Positions 17,564 through 26,774 are shown, numbered from the stretch's first letter. The stretch: DNA of 27,657 nt from a virus (IMGVR_UViG_3300048578_000133:1-27657); one strand, 5' to 3'. Made by a program: numbers and translations. The notes: generated by a model not told the origin, from the sequence alone.

Positions 17564-19084
17564 ATGAGAACTAAAGCTGAAATATTAGCATCAGAAACTG
17601 GTTTAGCCAATGGCGATGATTACGAAGCACAACGTTTGGCCATTATAAACGCCCAAACAAGTGCTAATAATGCCGTTTCTATTATGTGGCCCGCAGCCGA
17701 TGAGGCTGCTATGCTTGCTTTAGCCACCGCTAAAAAAGGCCATTTTGCAAAACGTAACGATATACAGAGCGGATTTAAATGGATTTATATTTTAAATCAA
17801 TTGCCTGCTTCAGAACTGGCAAATTGGTCGCCATTTGCCATTTGGTATACTGAAGCTACCGGAGGTACTTTAGATTTTACAGCATTGGCCCAATGTGGCG
17901 AATTTACTAGTAATTCAGAAACGCCTTTCCCAACAACCGGAGGTACTGGAGATGCTGGAGCAATCATGGCAGGTAACACCTTTATCAATACAGGTTCATA
18001 TTGGAACGGTCGTGCCATGTTAATTGCAAAAATTGATACACCGGGAACCAACGCAGATAATTGGGAAGTTATACAGCAATATTTGGGTTATACTCCGATT
18101 AATGTTGAAAACCGCGTTAATGAAGTAACACCAAGTGCAATTAATTTTCCAAACAATGATGCTGTTATTGCTTATTTATCTACTCAACTAAGTGCCTTAA
18201 TTGGTACATTAGGCGAACCCTCAACTACCAAATATGTTGCTGTTAATGATTTGGTGGCCGCATTGGCTGCAAAAGCAGACACCAATACCATTACCGCATT
18301 ACTAAATGGATTTGCCTTTAAAACAACGCCATGCCGTGTTGCAACAACCGAAAACATAACACTAAATGGTTTACAAACTATTGATGAGTTATTAATATCT
18401 GAAGACGATAGTGTTTTAGTTTGGCAACAAACGGATAAAACACAAAACGGTATTTATTTGGCCAAAGATGGTGCATGGGTAAGGCGTGAGGATGCCAATA
18501 CATCACTAAAGCTAAAAGCAGCTACAGTTAGGGTTACTGAAGGCACTGAAAATGCAGACCAACAATTTACCCAAATACATGAAGATGTTATAATAGGAAC
18601 TAACGATATTGAGTTTACCAAGTCAGGAGCCACTGCGGCTTTTGCAACTTTGGTAGGTGTACCGGGTGATAATACTGCATTGGCAGCGGCTTTGCTTTTG
18701 AAAGCTAATGAGGCTGATGTAGTAAAGAAAACAGGAGACCAAACAGTTAACGGAAAAAAGAGCTTTCCAGATGGATTTAGTGGCTCGTATATTAAAGGAA
18801 CAACAATCACAGGTAATGTTACTATTGATGCCTCATTCATAAACAAATACCACTATGTAGAAGCCGCTGCTGTTATCACCATACCTAATGGTGTGATGTC
18901 TGAAGGGAACCAAATAAGATTCATCCGTGACACTTCCGGTGAGGTTCAATTTGTTGTAGGTGGCACAGCAGAATTACGTGTAGCAGGTAATACACGATTT
19001 AGAATTGCTGAACAAAATGCAGCCGTTGAAGTGGTGGCGAAAACATCAACCGTTGTACACATATTAGGAGCATTAAAAGTATGA
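17564..19084 (+). CDS. Tail fibre-like protein, mosaic
   Basis: Internal RVATTENITLNGLQTID...QNGIY...GAWVR..DA domain; VKKTGDQTVNGKKSF fibre repeat; beta-rich C-terminus. Confidence 0.72.
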   Translation: MRTKAEILASETGLANGDDYEAQRLAIINAQTSANNAVSIMWPAADEAAMLALATAKKGHFAKRNDIQSGFKWIYILNQLPASELANWSPFAIWYTEATGGTLDFTALAQCGEFTSNSETPFPTTGGTGDAGAIMAGNTFINTGSYWNGRAMLIAKIDTPGTNADNWEVIQQYLGYTPINVENRVNEVTPSAINFPNNDAVIAYLSTQLSALIGTLGEPSTTKYVAVNDLVAALAAKADTNTITALLNGFAFKTTPCRVATTENITLNGLQTIDELLISEDDSVLVWQQTDKTQNGIYLAKDGAWVRREDANTSLKLKAATVRVTEGTENADQQFTQIHEDVIIGTNDIEFTKSGATAAFATLVGVPGDNTALAAALLLKANEADVVKKTGDQTVNGKKSFPDGFSGSYIKGTTITGNVTIDASFINKYHYVEAAAVITIPNGVMSEGNQIRFIRDTSGEVQFVVGGTAELRVAGNTRFRIAEQNAAVEVVAKTSTVVHILGALKV

Positions 19085-19902
19085 TAGGGGTAATAGAAAC
19101 ACCAGTTAGCGCAATAGTCACTAATGTTCACCTAATGGAGATGATTAAGGCAGCAGGTGCAGCGGGTGAGCCAATACCTAGTGCGGCTAATTTGGCTTTA
19201 TTGAATACATTTTTTAATAGTCTTCAATCTGCAATTACAGGAGGTGCAGCATTTAGAGATGTTTATTCATTGATTCTAATATATGGAACAGACTTGGTTT
19301 ACACTTCTGATTTAGGATTTGATGCAAGGCATGGAAATGACCCGTACAAAAAGGCTTTTAAATCACCATCAGGAACATTAACGAAAACAGCAAAGTCAGG
19401 ATACGGCACCGATGGAGTAGCTTATATTAATTGTAACTATAAACAGTCAGAAGATACAAAGTCTACAGCAACAGATAGATTTCATTTAGGTATTTTCAGG
19501 AGTTGGACAAATAACGGAAGTGGACAGACACATGCTAGTGGTTCTCATAATATGAGGTTTAGTGGCTCAAACGCTAATTATGGATGGGTGTTACACCGTG
19601 GTATTAATTTGGCTTCTGCAAAATCAGGATTTTTAGATTATTACGCTGAAACCGATGCCTCGCAAAGCCATTTTTATTATCAAAATGTACTTCAAAGTTC
19701 AACTAATACAGGTGTTGATTTAACTAGTTCAGGGTTGGATTTATTATCACTGTGTAGAACAAATAACCTTAATGTACCTGTAGATTTTTTACATGCAAAT
19801 ACACGAGAAAGTTTAAGGGTAGTTGGCAAAAGGACTAACATCAATAGAACAACTTTATACAACGCTGCAATTGCTTATGCAAATGGAGTGTTTGCCCTGT
19901 AA
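19081..19902 (+). CDS. Hypothetical virion protein, possible receptor-binding/lectin-like
   Basis: 273 aa with GTGA/ATGA-type overlap to the fibre gene; Ser/Thr/Asn/Gly-rich. Confidence 0.5.
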   Translation: MIGVIETPVSAIVTNVHLMEMIKAAGAAGEPIPSAANLALLNTFFNSLQSAITGGAAFRDVYSLILIYGTDLVYTSDLGFDARHGNDPYKKAFKSPSGTLTKTAKSGYGTDGVAYINCNYKQSEDTKSTATDRFHLGIFRSWTNNGSGQTHASGSHNMRFSGSNANYGWVLHRGINLASAKSGFLDYYAETDASQSHFYYQNVLQSSTNTGVDLTSSGLDLLSLCRTNNLNVPVDFLHANTRESLRVVGKRTNINRTTLYNAAIAYANGVFAL

Positions 19903-19968
19903 AATGCAAACGCGGGACCTCTCCCGCGTTTACCCTAGCCTATGAAACATCACCCTATGAAAGAATGA
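19900..19968 (-). ncRNA. Candidate antisense small RNA with two UUUCAUAGG motifs
   Basis: Near-consensus -7 TAAATTCG (19980-19973); CCTATGAAA twice on plus (19939-19947, 19954-19962); 10-bp hairpin 19908-19931. Confidence 0.45.
19906..19933. terminator. GC-rich hairpin, probable terminator
   Basis: AAACGCGGGA-CCTC-TCCCGCGTTT; extends by a G-U pair on the minus strand and is followed there by ATTTT. Confidence 0.65.
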
Positions 19969-19996
19969 TACACGAATTTAAATAAATCAAATTAAA

Positions 19997-20794
19997 ATGG
20001 CAAGAAGTAAAACAGAAATTGGAAGTCAATTTGATGCCGAAGTAAATAACACTCCCGGACTCGAAAACTTAACCACTAGTGAAGCTGGCGAATGGCGTTT
20101 ATGGCGCGGTGTTGTAGTTTCGGTAATATTCTTTGTTGAAAGCCTTTGGGATGCATTTAAAACCGAAGTTTTAAATATTGTTTCAAACAACCGTTACGGC
20201 CACGGTGATTGGTATCGTTCACAAGCCTTATTGTTTCAATACGGTGATGCTTTGGAGGAAAGTAATGGTAAAATATATTACCCGGTTATCGACCCTGAAA
20301 AACGCATTATTAAACGTTGTGCAGTATCTAAATCAGGTGGTAAAATGATTATTAAAGTAGCAGGCGAAACAGCAAAACTAACCACTTTACAAATCACAGC
20401 ATTTAATAGCTACATGGAAGATATAAAGCCGTTTTGCGTAGACCATCAAACCGTGTCTTCTGATCCTGACGAAATGCGATGCGAAATGATAATTTACTTT
20501 GATGGCAAATTGGGCGAAGAGTTTGTTAAAAATGGCGTTGAAGCTGCAATTAATCAATATCTATCAAACGTAGACTTTAATGGTAAGTTTAACATTAATA
20601 CTTTTAGAGATGCCATAGAAAAGGTTGATGGAGTGGAAATAGGCGGTGTTGATATTCAAGTAGTGCAAATTAGGCCAACAGAAGGTGTACTTGTTAATGT
20701 ACTTTACGATTATGTGCCTATCAGTGGTTGGTATAAATGGCTAAATACCGAAGAGCCTACCGATGCATCAGTAATAACCTATTTACCCAATTAA
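19997..20794 (+). CDS. Baseplate wedge protein (gpJ-like)
   Basis: WY...AL.FQYGD, IIKRCAV, IKVA and YL....FNG.F motifs. Confidence 0.72.
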   Translation: MARSKTEIGSQFDAEVNNTPGLENLTTSEAGEWRLWRGVVVSVIFFVESLWDAFKTEVLNIVSNNRYGHGDWYRSQALLFQYGDALEESNGKIYYPVIDPEKRIIKRCAVSKSGGKMIIKVAGETAKLTTLQITAFNSYMEDIKPFCVDHQTVSSDPDEMRCEMIIYFDGKLGEEFVKNGVEAAINQYLSNVDFNGKFNINTFRDAIEKVDGVEIGGVDIQVVQIRPTEGVLVNVLYDYVPISGWYKWLNTEEPTDASVITYLPN

Positions 20795-20797
20795 GCC

Positions 20798-21304
20798 ATG
20801 AACTACAGCTTTACCATACCTAAATTATTGGATAACATGGGCGTATTGTACCGCATGGCTAAGCGTAAGATAATCCTTACTGCATTACTAAGTGGAATTA
20901 AGCGCACAACACTTAATAGTACATCAACACCCGGTGATACAGATACAAGTTTGTATGTTCAATTTGCCGCATTCAGGGATTTTGTATTTCTGCGTACATC
21001 ATACAACTCGCAGCAAATTAAACTAAAAGGCTTACTAAATCGATTGTTTGACCCAACACTAAAACGTATACAAGTTATAACCCTTAGCGATGTGGTTCGT
21101 ACTAGTTATTTACAAGGTGGTGATGTTGCACCGGGTAGCGAAGTAGTTTATTTTAATACAGGTAAATACTACAGCGGTGGCGGTGTACTTTTATCAGGCC
21201 AAATAAACGTACCTATTGAATTATCTGCAAAAGAGGCCGAAATAAAAGCTTGGGTTGATTATTACATTTTTTACGATAAAAACTACACAATAACTTATTT
21301 TTAG
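20798..21304 (+). CDS. Baseplate wedge protein (gpI/gp48-like)
   Basis: NSQQI.L..LLN..FD....RI motif; follows the J-like gene. Confidence 0.6.
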   Translation: MNYSFTIPKLLDNMGVLYRMAKRKIILTALLSGIKRTTLNSTSTPGDTDTSLYVQFAAFRDFVFLRTSYNSQQIKLKGLLNRLFDPTLKRIQVITLSDVVRTSYLQGGDVAPGSEVVYFNTGKYYSGGGVLLSGQINVPIELSAKEAEIKAWVDYYIFYDKNYTITYF

Positions 21305-21305
21305 T

Positions 21306-22151
21306 ATGAAAACAGCAACATTTATAGCAGGCTCACCTTTGGTTTATCAGGCTGCCGTAGCGATGCAAGATGGATTAAAAGATGCCATATTATCACTAGC
21401 ACTTCCGTATGGAAATGTTCGTTTGTCGGGTTGTATAGATTCAACTGAAGACTTTGTTAATTCACTAAGCATTACTACATCCGAAGGTTGGGTATTATTA
21501 GCAGGTGAGCCTATGTATATGCCTGCACAAAGTTACACCCAACCAAGTGCCGGAAGTCGAAAATTTGTAGTATACAAGCAAACTGCAACTACTAATTATC
21601 CAGAAGCTGATTCGGATGGTATAACACGCCAAATGGTTGTTAATAATACCGCAGCGATTAAGGCCGTTGCAACTAGTTATACATTGTTAACTGGTGAAGC
21701 ATGGTGGTCTGAGGTGGTTACAATGCCTAAAAAGTTAAACCAATTAGTTACTTCAGATAATTTAGGTTGGTGGAGAAATGTTGGTGAGTATTCTTTAATT
21801 ACCGTTTCAGGTGAAGCCTACTTAACAGAAGATTTTACTAATGGCGATGGTTCTGCACCAGTAATAAATTGGAGATATAGAAAAATTGGTGATAATATGC
21901 AATTCAGTGGGGCTGTTTTAACGTCTGAAGAGGTAACAGGGCCAACTACACTTCATATTACAACACTTCCTGAAGGTTATAGACCAGCTGTAAGACAATT
22001 TTTCCCCGTTTCTGTCGGTAATGAAGTAAATACATACACTGCTATGCTTTGGGTTTTAACCGATGGGTTTGTAGGGGTAAGAGTTCAATCAGGCATATCC
22101 TTAACCGGAATGACCGTCTACCTATCAAACATAACTATACCATTAACTTAA
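21306..22151 (+). CDS. Tail fibre / receptor-binding protein
   Basis: Last structural gene; N-terminal LSGC..EGWV...GE; C-terminal YRKIGD...TLPEGYRP domain. Confidence 0.68.
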   Translation: MKTATFIAGSPLVYQAAVAMQDGLKDAILSLALPYGNVRLSGCIDSTEDFVNSLSITTSEGWVLLAGEPMYMPAQSYTQPSAGSRKFVVYKQTATTNYPEADSDGITRQMVVNNTAAIKAVATSYTLLTGEAWWSEVVTMPKKLNQLVTSDNLGWWRNVGEYSLITVSGEAYLTEDFTNGDGSAPVINWRYRKIGDNMQFSGAVLTSEEVTGPTTLHITTLPEGYRPAVRQFFPVSVGNEVNTYTAMLWVLTDGFVGVRVQSGISLTGMTVYLSNITIPLT

Positions 22152-22159
22152 TACTTATT

Positions 22160-22285
22160 GGGGGATAAAAAGCCCCCGTCTTGTATTGCCGGCTCTCAAC
22201 CCGACAATACATAAAGGTGCGTCCACACCACGACAGAGGCAATGCCTTTGAATCGGTGTGGACGCACCTTTTTTATTTTGAGAGG
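22160..22285 (-). ncRNA. Candidate structured RNA / attenuator upstream of the methylase
   Basis: Four interlocking pairings, two needing G-U pairs available only on the minus strand; -7 TATTTTTG at 22296-22289; U-tract after the closing stem. Confidence 0.65.
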
Positions 22286-22312
22286 ATTCAAAAATACAAC
22301 ACTTTTTAAATT

Positions 22313-23131
22313 ATGACAGATACAACTAAAAAAATGAAAACACCGATTTCTTATTACGGTGGCAAACAAAAACTTGCATCAACAATTGTTAAATTAATTC
22401 CTGAACACAACCTCTACTGCGAACCATTTATAGGAGGTGCTGCTGTTTTCTTTGCAAAGCCGCCTAGCAATGTTGAAGTAATTAACGACACTAATCGCGA
22501 AATGATCAACTTCTATCGGGTTGTACAAAATGATTTCGTAAGCCTCGAAAAAGAGGTTAGAATAAGCTTACACAGCCGTGATGTGCATCGTAGAGCAACT
22601 GTGATATATCACAACCCGGATATGTTTAACGAAATTAAACGAGCTTGGGCCGTTTGGGTTTTAGCTGCTCAAAGCTTTGCCAGCGGTTTGGATAAAGATT
22701 GGGGTTATGATATTAAAAAGTCCACAACATCTAAAAAAGTGGCCAATAAGCGTACTGGCTTTACCGAAGATTATGCAATTCGATTACAGGAGGTACAAAT
22801 AGAGTGTACCGATGCACTTCGTATTATTCGCAGTAGGGATAGCGTAGATTCATTTTTTTATTGTGACCCTCCTTACTACAATAGCAATTGCGGTCATTAC
22901 GATGGTTACACGATAGAAGACTTTGATGCTCTATTGAAATTACTAAGCGAGTGTAAAGGTAAATTCTTATTATCTAGCTATCCAAGCCCTATTTTAAAGC
23001 AATACAGCGCAAAATTCGGTTGGCATACCCAAACACTCGACTTTCAGGTTTCTGTAGCTAATAACCACGGCAAACCGGGTAAACCTAAAACAGAAGTACT
23101 GACGGCTAACTATCCAATTAGCATTAAGTAG
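22313..23131 (+). CDS. DNA adenine methyltransferase (Dam-like, D12 class)
   Basis: YYGGK, EPFIGG (motif I), INDTN and DPPY (motif IV); alternative start at ATG 22334. Confidence 0.93.
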   Translation: MTDTTKKMKTPISYYGGKQKLASTIVKLIPEHNLYCEPFIGGAAVFFAKPPSNVEVINDTNREMINFYRVVQNDFVSLEKEVRISLHSRDVHRRATVIYHNPDMFNEIKRAWAVWVLAAQSFASGLDKDWGYDIKKSTTSKKVANKRTGFTEDYAIRLQEVQIECTDALRIIRSRDSVDSFFYCDPPYYNSNCGHYDGYTIEDFDALLKLLSECKGKFLLSSYPSPILKQYSAKFGWHTQTLDFQVSVANNHGKPGKPKTEVLTANYPISIK

Positions 23132-23154
23132 TTTTTAAAAGCCTTTTAAAAAGA

Positions 23155-23180
23155 AAAAGCCCCTTAATTGGGGCTTTTTT
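23155..23180. terminator. Bidirectional intrinsic terminator
   Basis: AAAAGCCCC-TTAATT-GGGGCTTTTTT. Confidence 0.85.
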
Positions 23181-23201
23181 AATATAATTGAATAAAAAAT
23201 C

Positions 23202-23254
23202 AAATCTCGGACGGTTGGATTTAAAAACTCGGACGATTTGATTTTGCGATTATA
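23202..23254. repeat. Prophage end: two direct repeats (22-bp period), putative transposase sites, ending GATTATA
   Basis: AAATCTCGGACGGTTGGATTT (23202-23222) and AAAACTCGGACGATTTGATTT (23224-23244), then TGCGATTATA. Confidence 0.75.
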
Positions 23255-23259
23255 GAAAG

Positions 23260-24492
23260 TTATTCTAAATCGTATTGTTTAATTTTACGGTACAATGTAC
23301 GTTCGCTGATACCCAATTCTTGTGCCGCTTTTTTCCTTCTTCCGTTGTATTTGTTTAAAGCCTTTTTAATCAGCTCAATTTCTTTGTCTTCAATAGATAA
23401 CGACTCCGGAACCGGAATGGCTTCATTTAACTCAATAACCTGGTTGTTGGGTTGATTATGGCCCATTTGCATGGGTTGTTGGTTAACATTTGGGTGATAA
23501 AATGTTGGTGTTGGAGCAGCCATAGGGCTATTATCCGTAACCGGACTTGCGCCCATATTATCAGGAGCATTCCCATTTTGAATCATACCAAAAACAATAC
23601 TTTTTAAATCGTTCATGTCTTTACGCATATCGTAAAGTACCTTATAAAAAATATCACGTTCGCTCATGCCATGGTCCACATTGGTGCCCATCAGCATAGG
23701 TAAACTTTGGCGTTCGGCAGGCAACACACGTTGCAATTCACTTGCGTTAACAATTTTATCCTCGTCAAGTACACTTAATTGTTCGGCAATATTTTTAAGT
23801 TGACGGATGTTACCCGGCCAAGTATAGTTTACTATCATTTGCGCTGCATCCGGCTCAAGGGTTACGATTTTAGAACGGTATTTTTCCGAAAAATCAGCAG
23901 CAAATTTCCTGAACAATAAATGAATATCTTCTTTACGCTCACGCAAAGGTGGAACCTTGATAGGCACGGTGCTTAATCGGTAGTATAAATCCTCACGAAA
24001 CTTACCACGTGCGGCCAATTCCAGTAAATCTTTATTGGTAGCCGCAACAACCCTCACATCTGTTTTCTGTGTTTTTGATGAACCTACTTTAATAAACTCT
24101 CCACTCTCTAGCACACGTAACAAACGGGCTTGAGTTTCTAATGGAAGTTCACCTACTTCATCTAAAAAAATGGTACCGCCATTTACGGTTTCAAAGTAAC
24201 CTTTACGGGTATCGTGTGCTCCGGTAAACGATCCTTTTTCGTGGCCAAATAATTCAGAGTCGATGGTGCCTTCAGGAATTGCACCACAGTTTACCGCAAT
24301 AAAGTTTCCGTGTTTACGGTTGCTTAAGGCATGTATAATTTTACTAAACGCTTCTTTACCCACACCACTTTCTCCGTTAATTAAAACAGAAATATCTGTT
24401 GGTGCCACTTTAACTGCTGTTTCTAAAGCAATATTAAGCAGGGGAGAGTTGCCTATAATTTCAAATCGTTGTTTTATTTCTTGAATGTTCAT
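23260..24492 (-). CDS. Sigma-54-interacting AAA+ / Fis-family regulator without a receiver domain
   Basis: GESGVGKE Walker A, ELFGHEKGSFTGA, FLDEVGE, FREDLYYRL, WPGNIRQL, C-terminal HTH. Confidence 0.95.
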   Translation of the reverse strand: MNIQEIKQRFEIIGNSPLLNIALETAVKVAPTDISVLINGESGVGKEAFSKIIHALSNRKHGNFIAVNCGAIPEGTIDSELFGHEKGSFTGAHDTRKGYFETVNGGTIFLDEVGELPLETQARLLRVLESGEFIKVGSSKTQKTDVRVVAATNKDLLELAARGKFREDLYYRLSTVPIKVPPLRERKEDIHLLFRKFAADFSEKYRSKIVTLEPDAAQMIVNYTWPGNIRQLKNIAEQLSVLDEDKIVNASELQRVLPAERQSLPMLMGTNVDHGMSERDIFYKVLYDMRKDMNDLKSIVFGMIQNGNAPDNMGASPVTDNSPMAAPTPTFYHPNVNQQPMQMGHNQPNNQVIELNEAIPVPESLSIEDKEIELIKKALNKYNGRRKKAAQELGISERTLYRKIKQYDLE

Positions 24493-24500
24493 GGCTAAAA

Positions 24501-25880
24501 TTATTTAAAAGTATCAACCACCTTACCAAACAAGCTGGTCATGGTTGAGCGTTCTATTTTTACATTTACATAATCGCCTACTTTGTATCCTTCGCCAACC
24601 GGAAAAACCACCAACTGGTTTTGGTCGTTGCGGCCTTTAAAATCATCATTCGATTTTTTAGAATAACCATCAATTAATACCTTATAGGTTTTACCAATGT
24701 AATCTAATTTTTTATTCAAACTGATGCTGTTTTGTAATTCCACCAACTCTGCAAGTCTGCGGCCTTTTACATCAGCCGGAACATCATCAGCATATTTGCG
24801 TGCAGCCAATGTTCCCGGACGTTCGCTATAGGCATACATAAACGCAAACTCAAATTGTGCTTCTCTAAACATACTTAATGTATCTTGAAATTCTTCTTCC
24901 GATTCAGTACAAAAGCCAACAATGGCATCGGTACTGATACCTACATCAGGTAATATGCTTCTGATGGTTTTTAACCTTTCGCTAAACCAAGTTCTGTCGT
25001 AAGTACGGTTCATCAACTTTAAAATACGGCTATTGCCGCTTTGTAAAGGGTAATGAATATACTTACAAATGTTGTCGTACTTTTTCATGGTGTAAAGTAC
25101 TTCATCGGTAATGTCTTTTGGGTGAGAAGAAGAAAAACGAATACGTAAATCAGGTGATATTAAAGCCACTTTCTCTAACAATTGTGCAAAGTTACACAGT
25201 GTTTCACCGGCTTCGTTTTGCCATTTGTACGAGTCAACATTTTGGCCTAATAAAGTTACCTCTCTGTAGCCTTGGTTAAACAATTCGGTGGCTTCTCGTA
25301 TAATGCTTTCCGGCTCACGGCTGCGCTCACGACCACGTGTAAAAGGCACAACGCAGAAAGAACACATATTATCGCACCCCCGCATGATACTTACAAATGC
25401 ATTTACACCATTGCTGCTTAAACGCACCGGAGTAATTTCAGCATAAGTTTCTTCTCTGCTCAACAATACGTTAACCGCCTTTTGTCCCGCTTCCACTTGT
25501 TGTATCAATTTAGGAATATCGCGGTAGGCATCAGGTCCTACAACAATATCCACCAATTGGTCTTGTTCCAGTAATTTTGATTTTAAACGTTCGGCCATAC
25601 AACCCATTACACCCACTATCATTCCCGGGTTTTTACGTTTGTTGCCTTTCATCTCTTTTAATCGGCCCCAAATTTTGGCTTCCGCATTATCTCTAATGGC
25701 ACAGGTATTTAAAAACACCACATCCGCTTGTAATGGGTCGTCTGTTGTGGTAAATCCTTCTCCTTGCATAATACTGGCCATTACCTCACTATCCGCAAGG
25801 TTCATGGCGCAGCCGTATGTTTCTATGTATAAACGTCTTTTGGCTGTATCTATCGCTGTATCGGCTACTAATCCTCTCAT
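24501..25880 (-). CDS. miaB: tRNA-2-methylthio-N6-dimethylallyladenosine synthase
   Basis: TYGCAMN..DSE, NTCAIR, GCMAER, radical [29 protein letters not shown] domain. Confidence 0.96.
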   Translation of the reverse strand: MRGLVADTAIDTAKRRLYIETYGCAMNLADSEVMASIMQGEGFTTTDDPLQADVVFLNTCAIRDNAEAKIWGRLKEMKGNKRKNPGMIVGVMGCMAERLKSKLLEQDQLVDIVVGPDAYRDIPKLIQQVEAGQKAVNVLLSREETYAEITPVRLSSNGVNAFVSIMRGCDNMCSFCVVPFTRGRERSREPESIIREATELFNQGYREVTLLGQNVDSYKWQNEAGETLCNFAQLLEKVALISPDLRIRFSSSHPKDITDEVLYTMKKYDNICKYIHYPLQSGNSRILKLMNRTYDRTWFSERLKTIRSILPDVGISTDAIVGFCTESEEEFQDTLSMFREAQFEFAFMYAYSERPGTLAARKYADDVPADVKGRRLAELVELQNSISLNKKLDYIGKTYKVLIDGYSKKSNDDFKGRNDQNQLVVFPVGEGYKVGDYVNVKIERSTMTSLFGKVVDTFK

Positions 25881-25902
25881 TTGTATTTGAATTTTCGAGG
25901 TG

Positions 25903-25934
25903 CAAATATAAAAGAATTTCTGACAGACTGTCAG
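25903..25934 (-). promoter_or_regulatory. miaB promoter -7 element with a palindromic operator
   Basis: TATATTTG on minus (25910-25903); CTGACAG-A-CTGTCAG perfect palindrome at 25920-25934. Confidence 0.7.
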
Positions 25935-26042
25935 CTATTTTTCGGTTAAAACCATTTGTATATTAATATTCAATAACTCAATCGGTAATAATTGGTTTAA
26001 TTGTTGCCAAATGCTAAATTTCACCCAATAACCAACACCATT

Positions 26043-26678
26043 ATGAAACAATTATTGCTAACGCTCTTTGCCGTTTACAATTTATCAGCTTTCTCTCAAA
26101 CACCTTTTTCTATTGGTATCAACTCTTCTATAGACTATACAGGATTACAAGCGAGACCAAATTTTGTAGAGCCATGGATTGGTTACCAACTAGGTGTGAG
26201 GTTAAAGTACGATTTGAATCAAAACTTCTCTCTAATTACTGGTTTCAATCACCAAAATCAAGGATCAAAAGCTGATTTATCTCGGTTAAGATTTAGAGAC
26301 GCAACGGATTTAACTCCAATAAGCGTGGAGGGTTATGATAAAATTAGCCAAGTGCCTTTGTTGTTTTCTTTTTATGCCGGTAAAAAACTCAGGTATGGAT
26401 TTAATGTGGGAGCGGCATACAGTTTTTTGTACCGTGTAAATTCGCATATTACTTACCAAGACAAGAATAATTTAAATGAGGAAACAAAAAGATATACCAC
26501 TGCAGTTTCAAGTCAGTTTATTACCGGTCTGTTTTCTTTTGGTGTTGAGTATAATTTAAATCGAACTACTTTTAGGGTTGAACCAAATATGTCGTATCAT
26601 ATTTTTGATGTTACAAATAGCTTCTTTAACTACCTGAACCTTGGTTTAGGAGCTTCTGTTTATTACAGGTTGGAGTAA
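26043..26678 (+). CDS. Outer-membrane beta-barrel protein (PorT/OMP_b-brl-like)
   Basis: Signal peptide from ATG 26043 (MKQLLLTLFAVYNLSAFS-Q); alternating beta strands; C-terminal GLGASVYYRL. Confidence 0.72.
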   Translation: MKQLLLTLFAVYNLSAFSQTPFSIGINSSIDYTGLQARPNFVEPWIGYQLGVRLKYDLNQNFSLITGFNHQNQGSKADLSRLRFRDATDLTPISVEGYDKISQVPLLFSFYAGKKLRYGFNVGAAYSFLYRVNSHITYQDKNNLNEETKRYTTAVSSQFITGLFSFGVEYNLNRTTFRVEPNMSYHIFDVTNSFFNYLNLGLGASVYYRLE

Positions 26679-26705
26679 GAAAGTATCCAGTTTTTTATTT
26701 AAGTG

Positions 26706-26759
26706 TTTATTGAATAACAATAAAAAAATATTGTTATTCGTTTAATTTACATATATTTG
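26706..26759 (+). promoter_or_regulatory. Promoter and operator of the DUF2975-HTH operon
   Basis: -7 TATATTTG (26752-26759); TTTATTG-N5-CAATAAA (26706-26724); 11-bp inverted repeat 26712-26722/26729-26739. Confidence 0.65.
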
Positions 26760-26774
26760 AACTAAATAAAAAAC

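Larger units (their letters stand above)
1..23254. mobile_element. Mu-like (transposable) prophage of Bacteroidota, late region and one end; continues beyond the window start
   Basis: Mu gp28/gp29/gp30/gp36/gpG-like head genes, contractile-tail genes, terminal methylase, tandem terminal repeats, then an abrupt switch to housekeeping genes. Transposase and repressor are not in the window. Confidence 0.92.

Noticed and set aside
17564-22151. Diversity-generating retroelement or invertible fibre segment
   Set aside because: No reverse transcriptase, invertase, TR/VR pair or flanking inverted repeats seen in the window.
9991-22151. Tailocin or extracellular contractile injection system
   Set aside because: Capsid, portal, terminase and a transposable end are present, so this is a prophage tail.
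22160-22285. HDV-like or other self-cleaving ribozyme
   Set aside because: Pseudoknot-like pairings exist, but I could not map a known catalytic core.
23202-23244. CRISPR array
   Set aside because: Only two adjacent imperfect repeats, no spacers and no cas genes.
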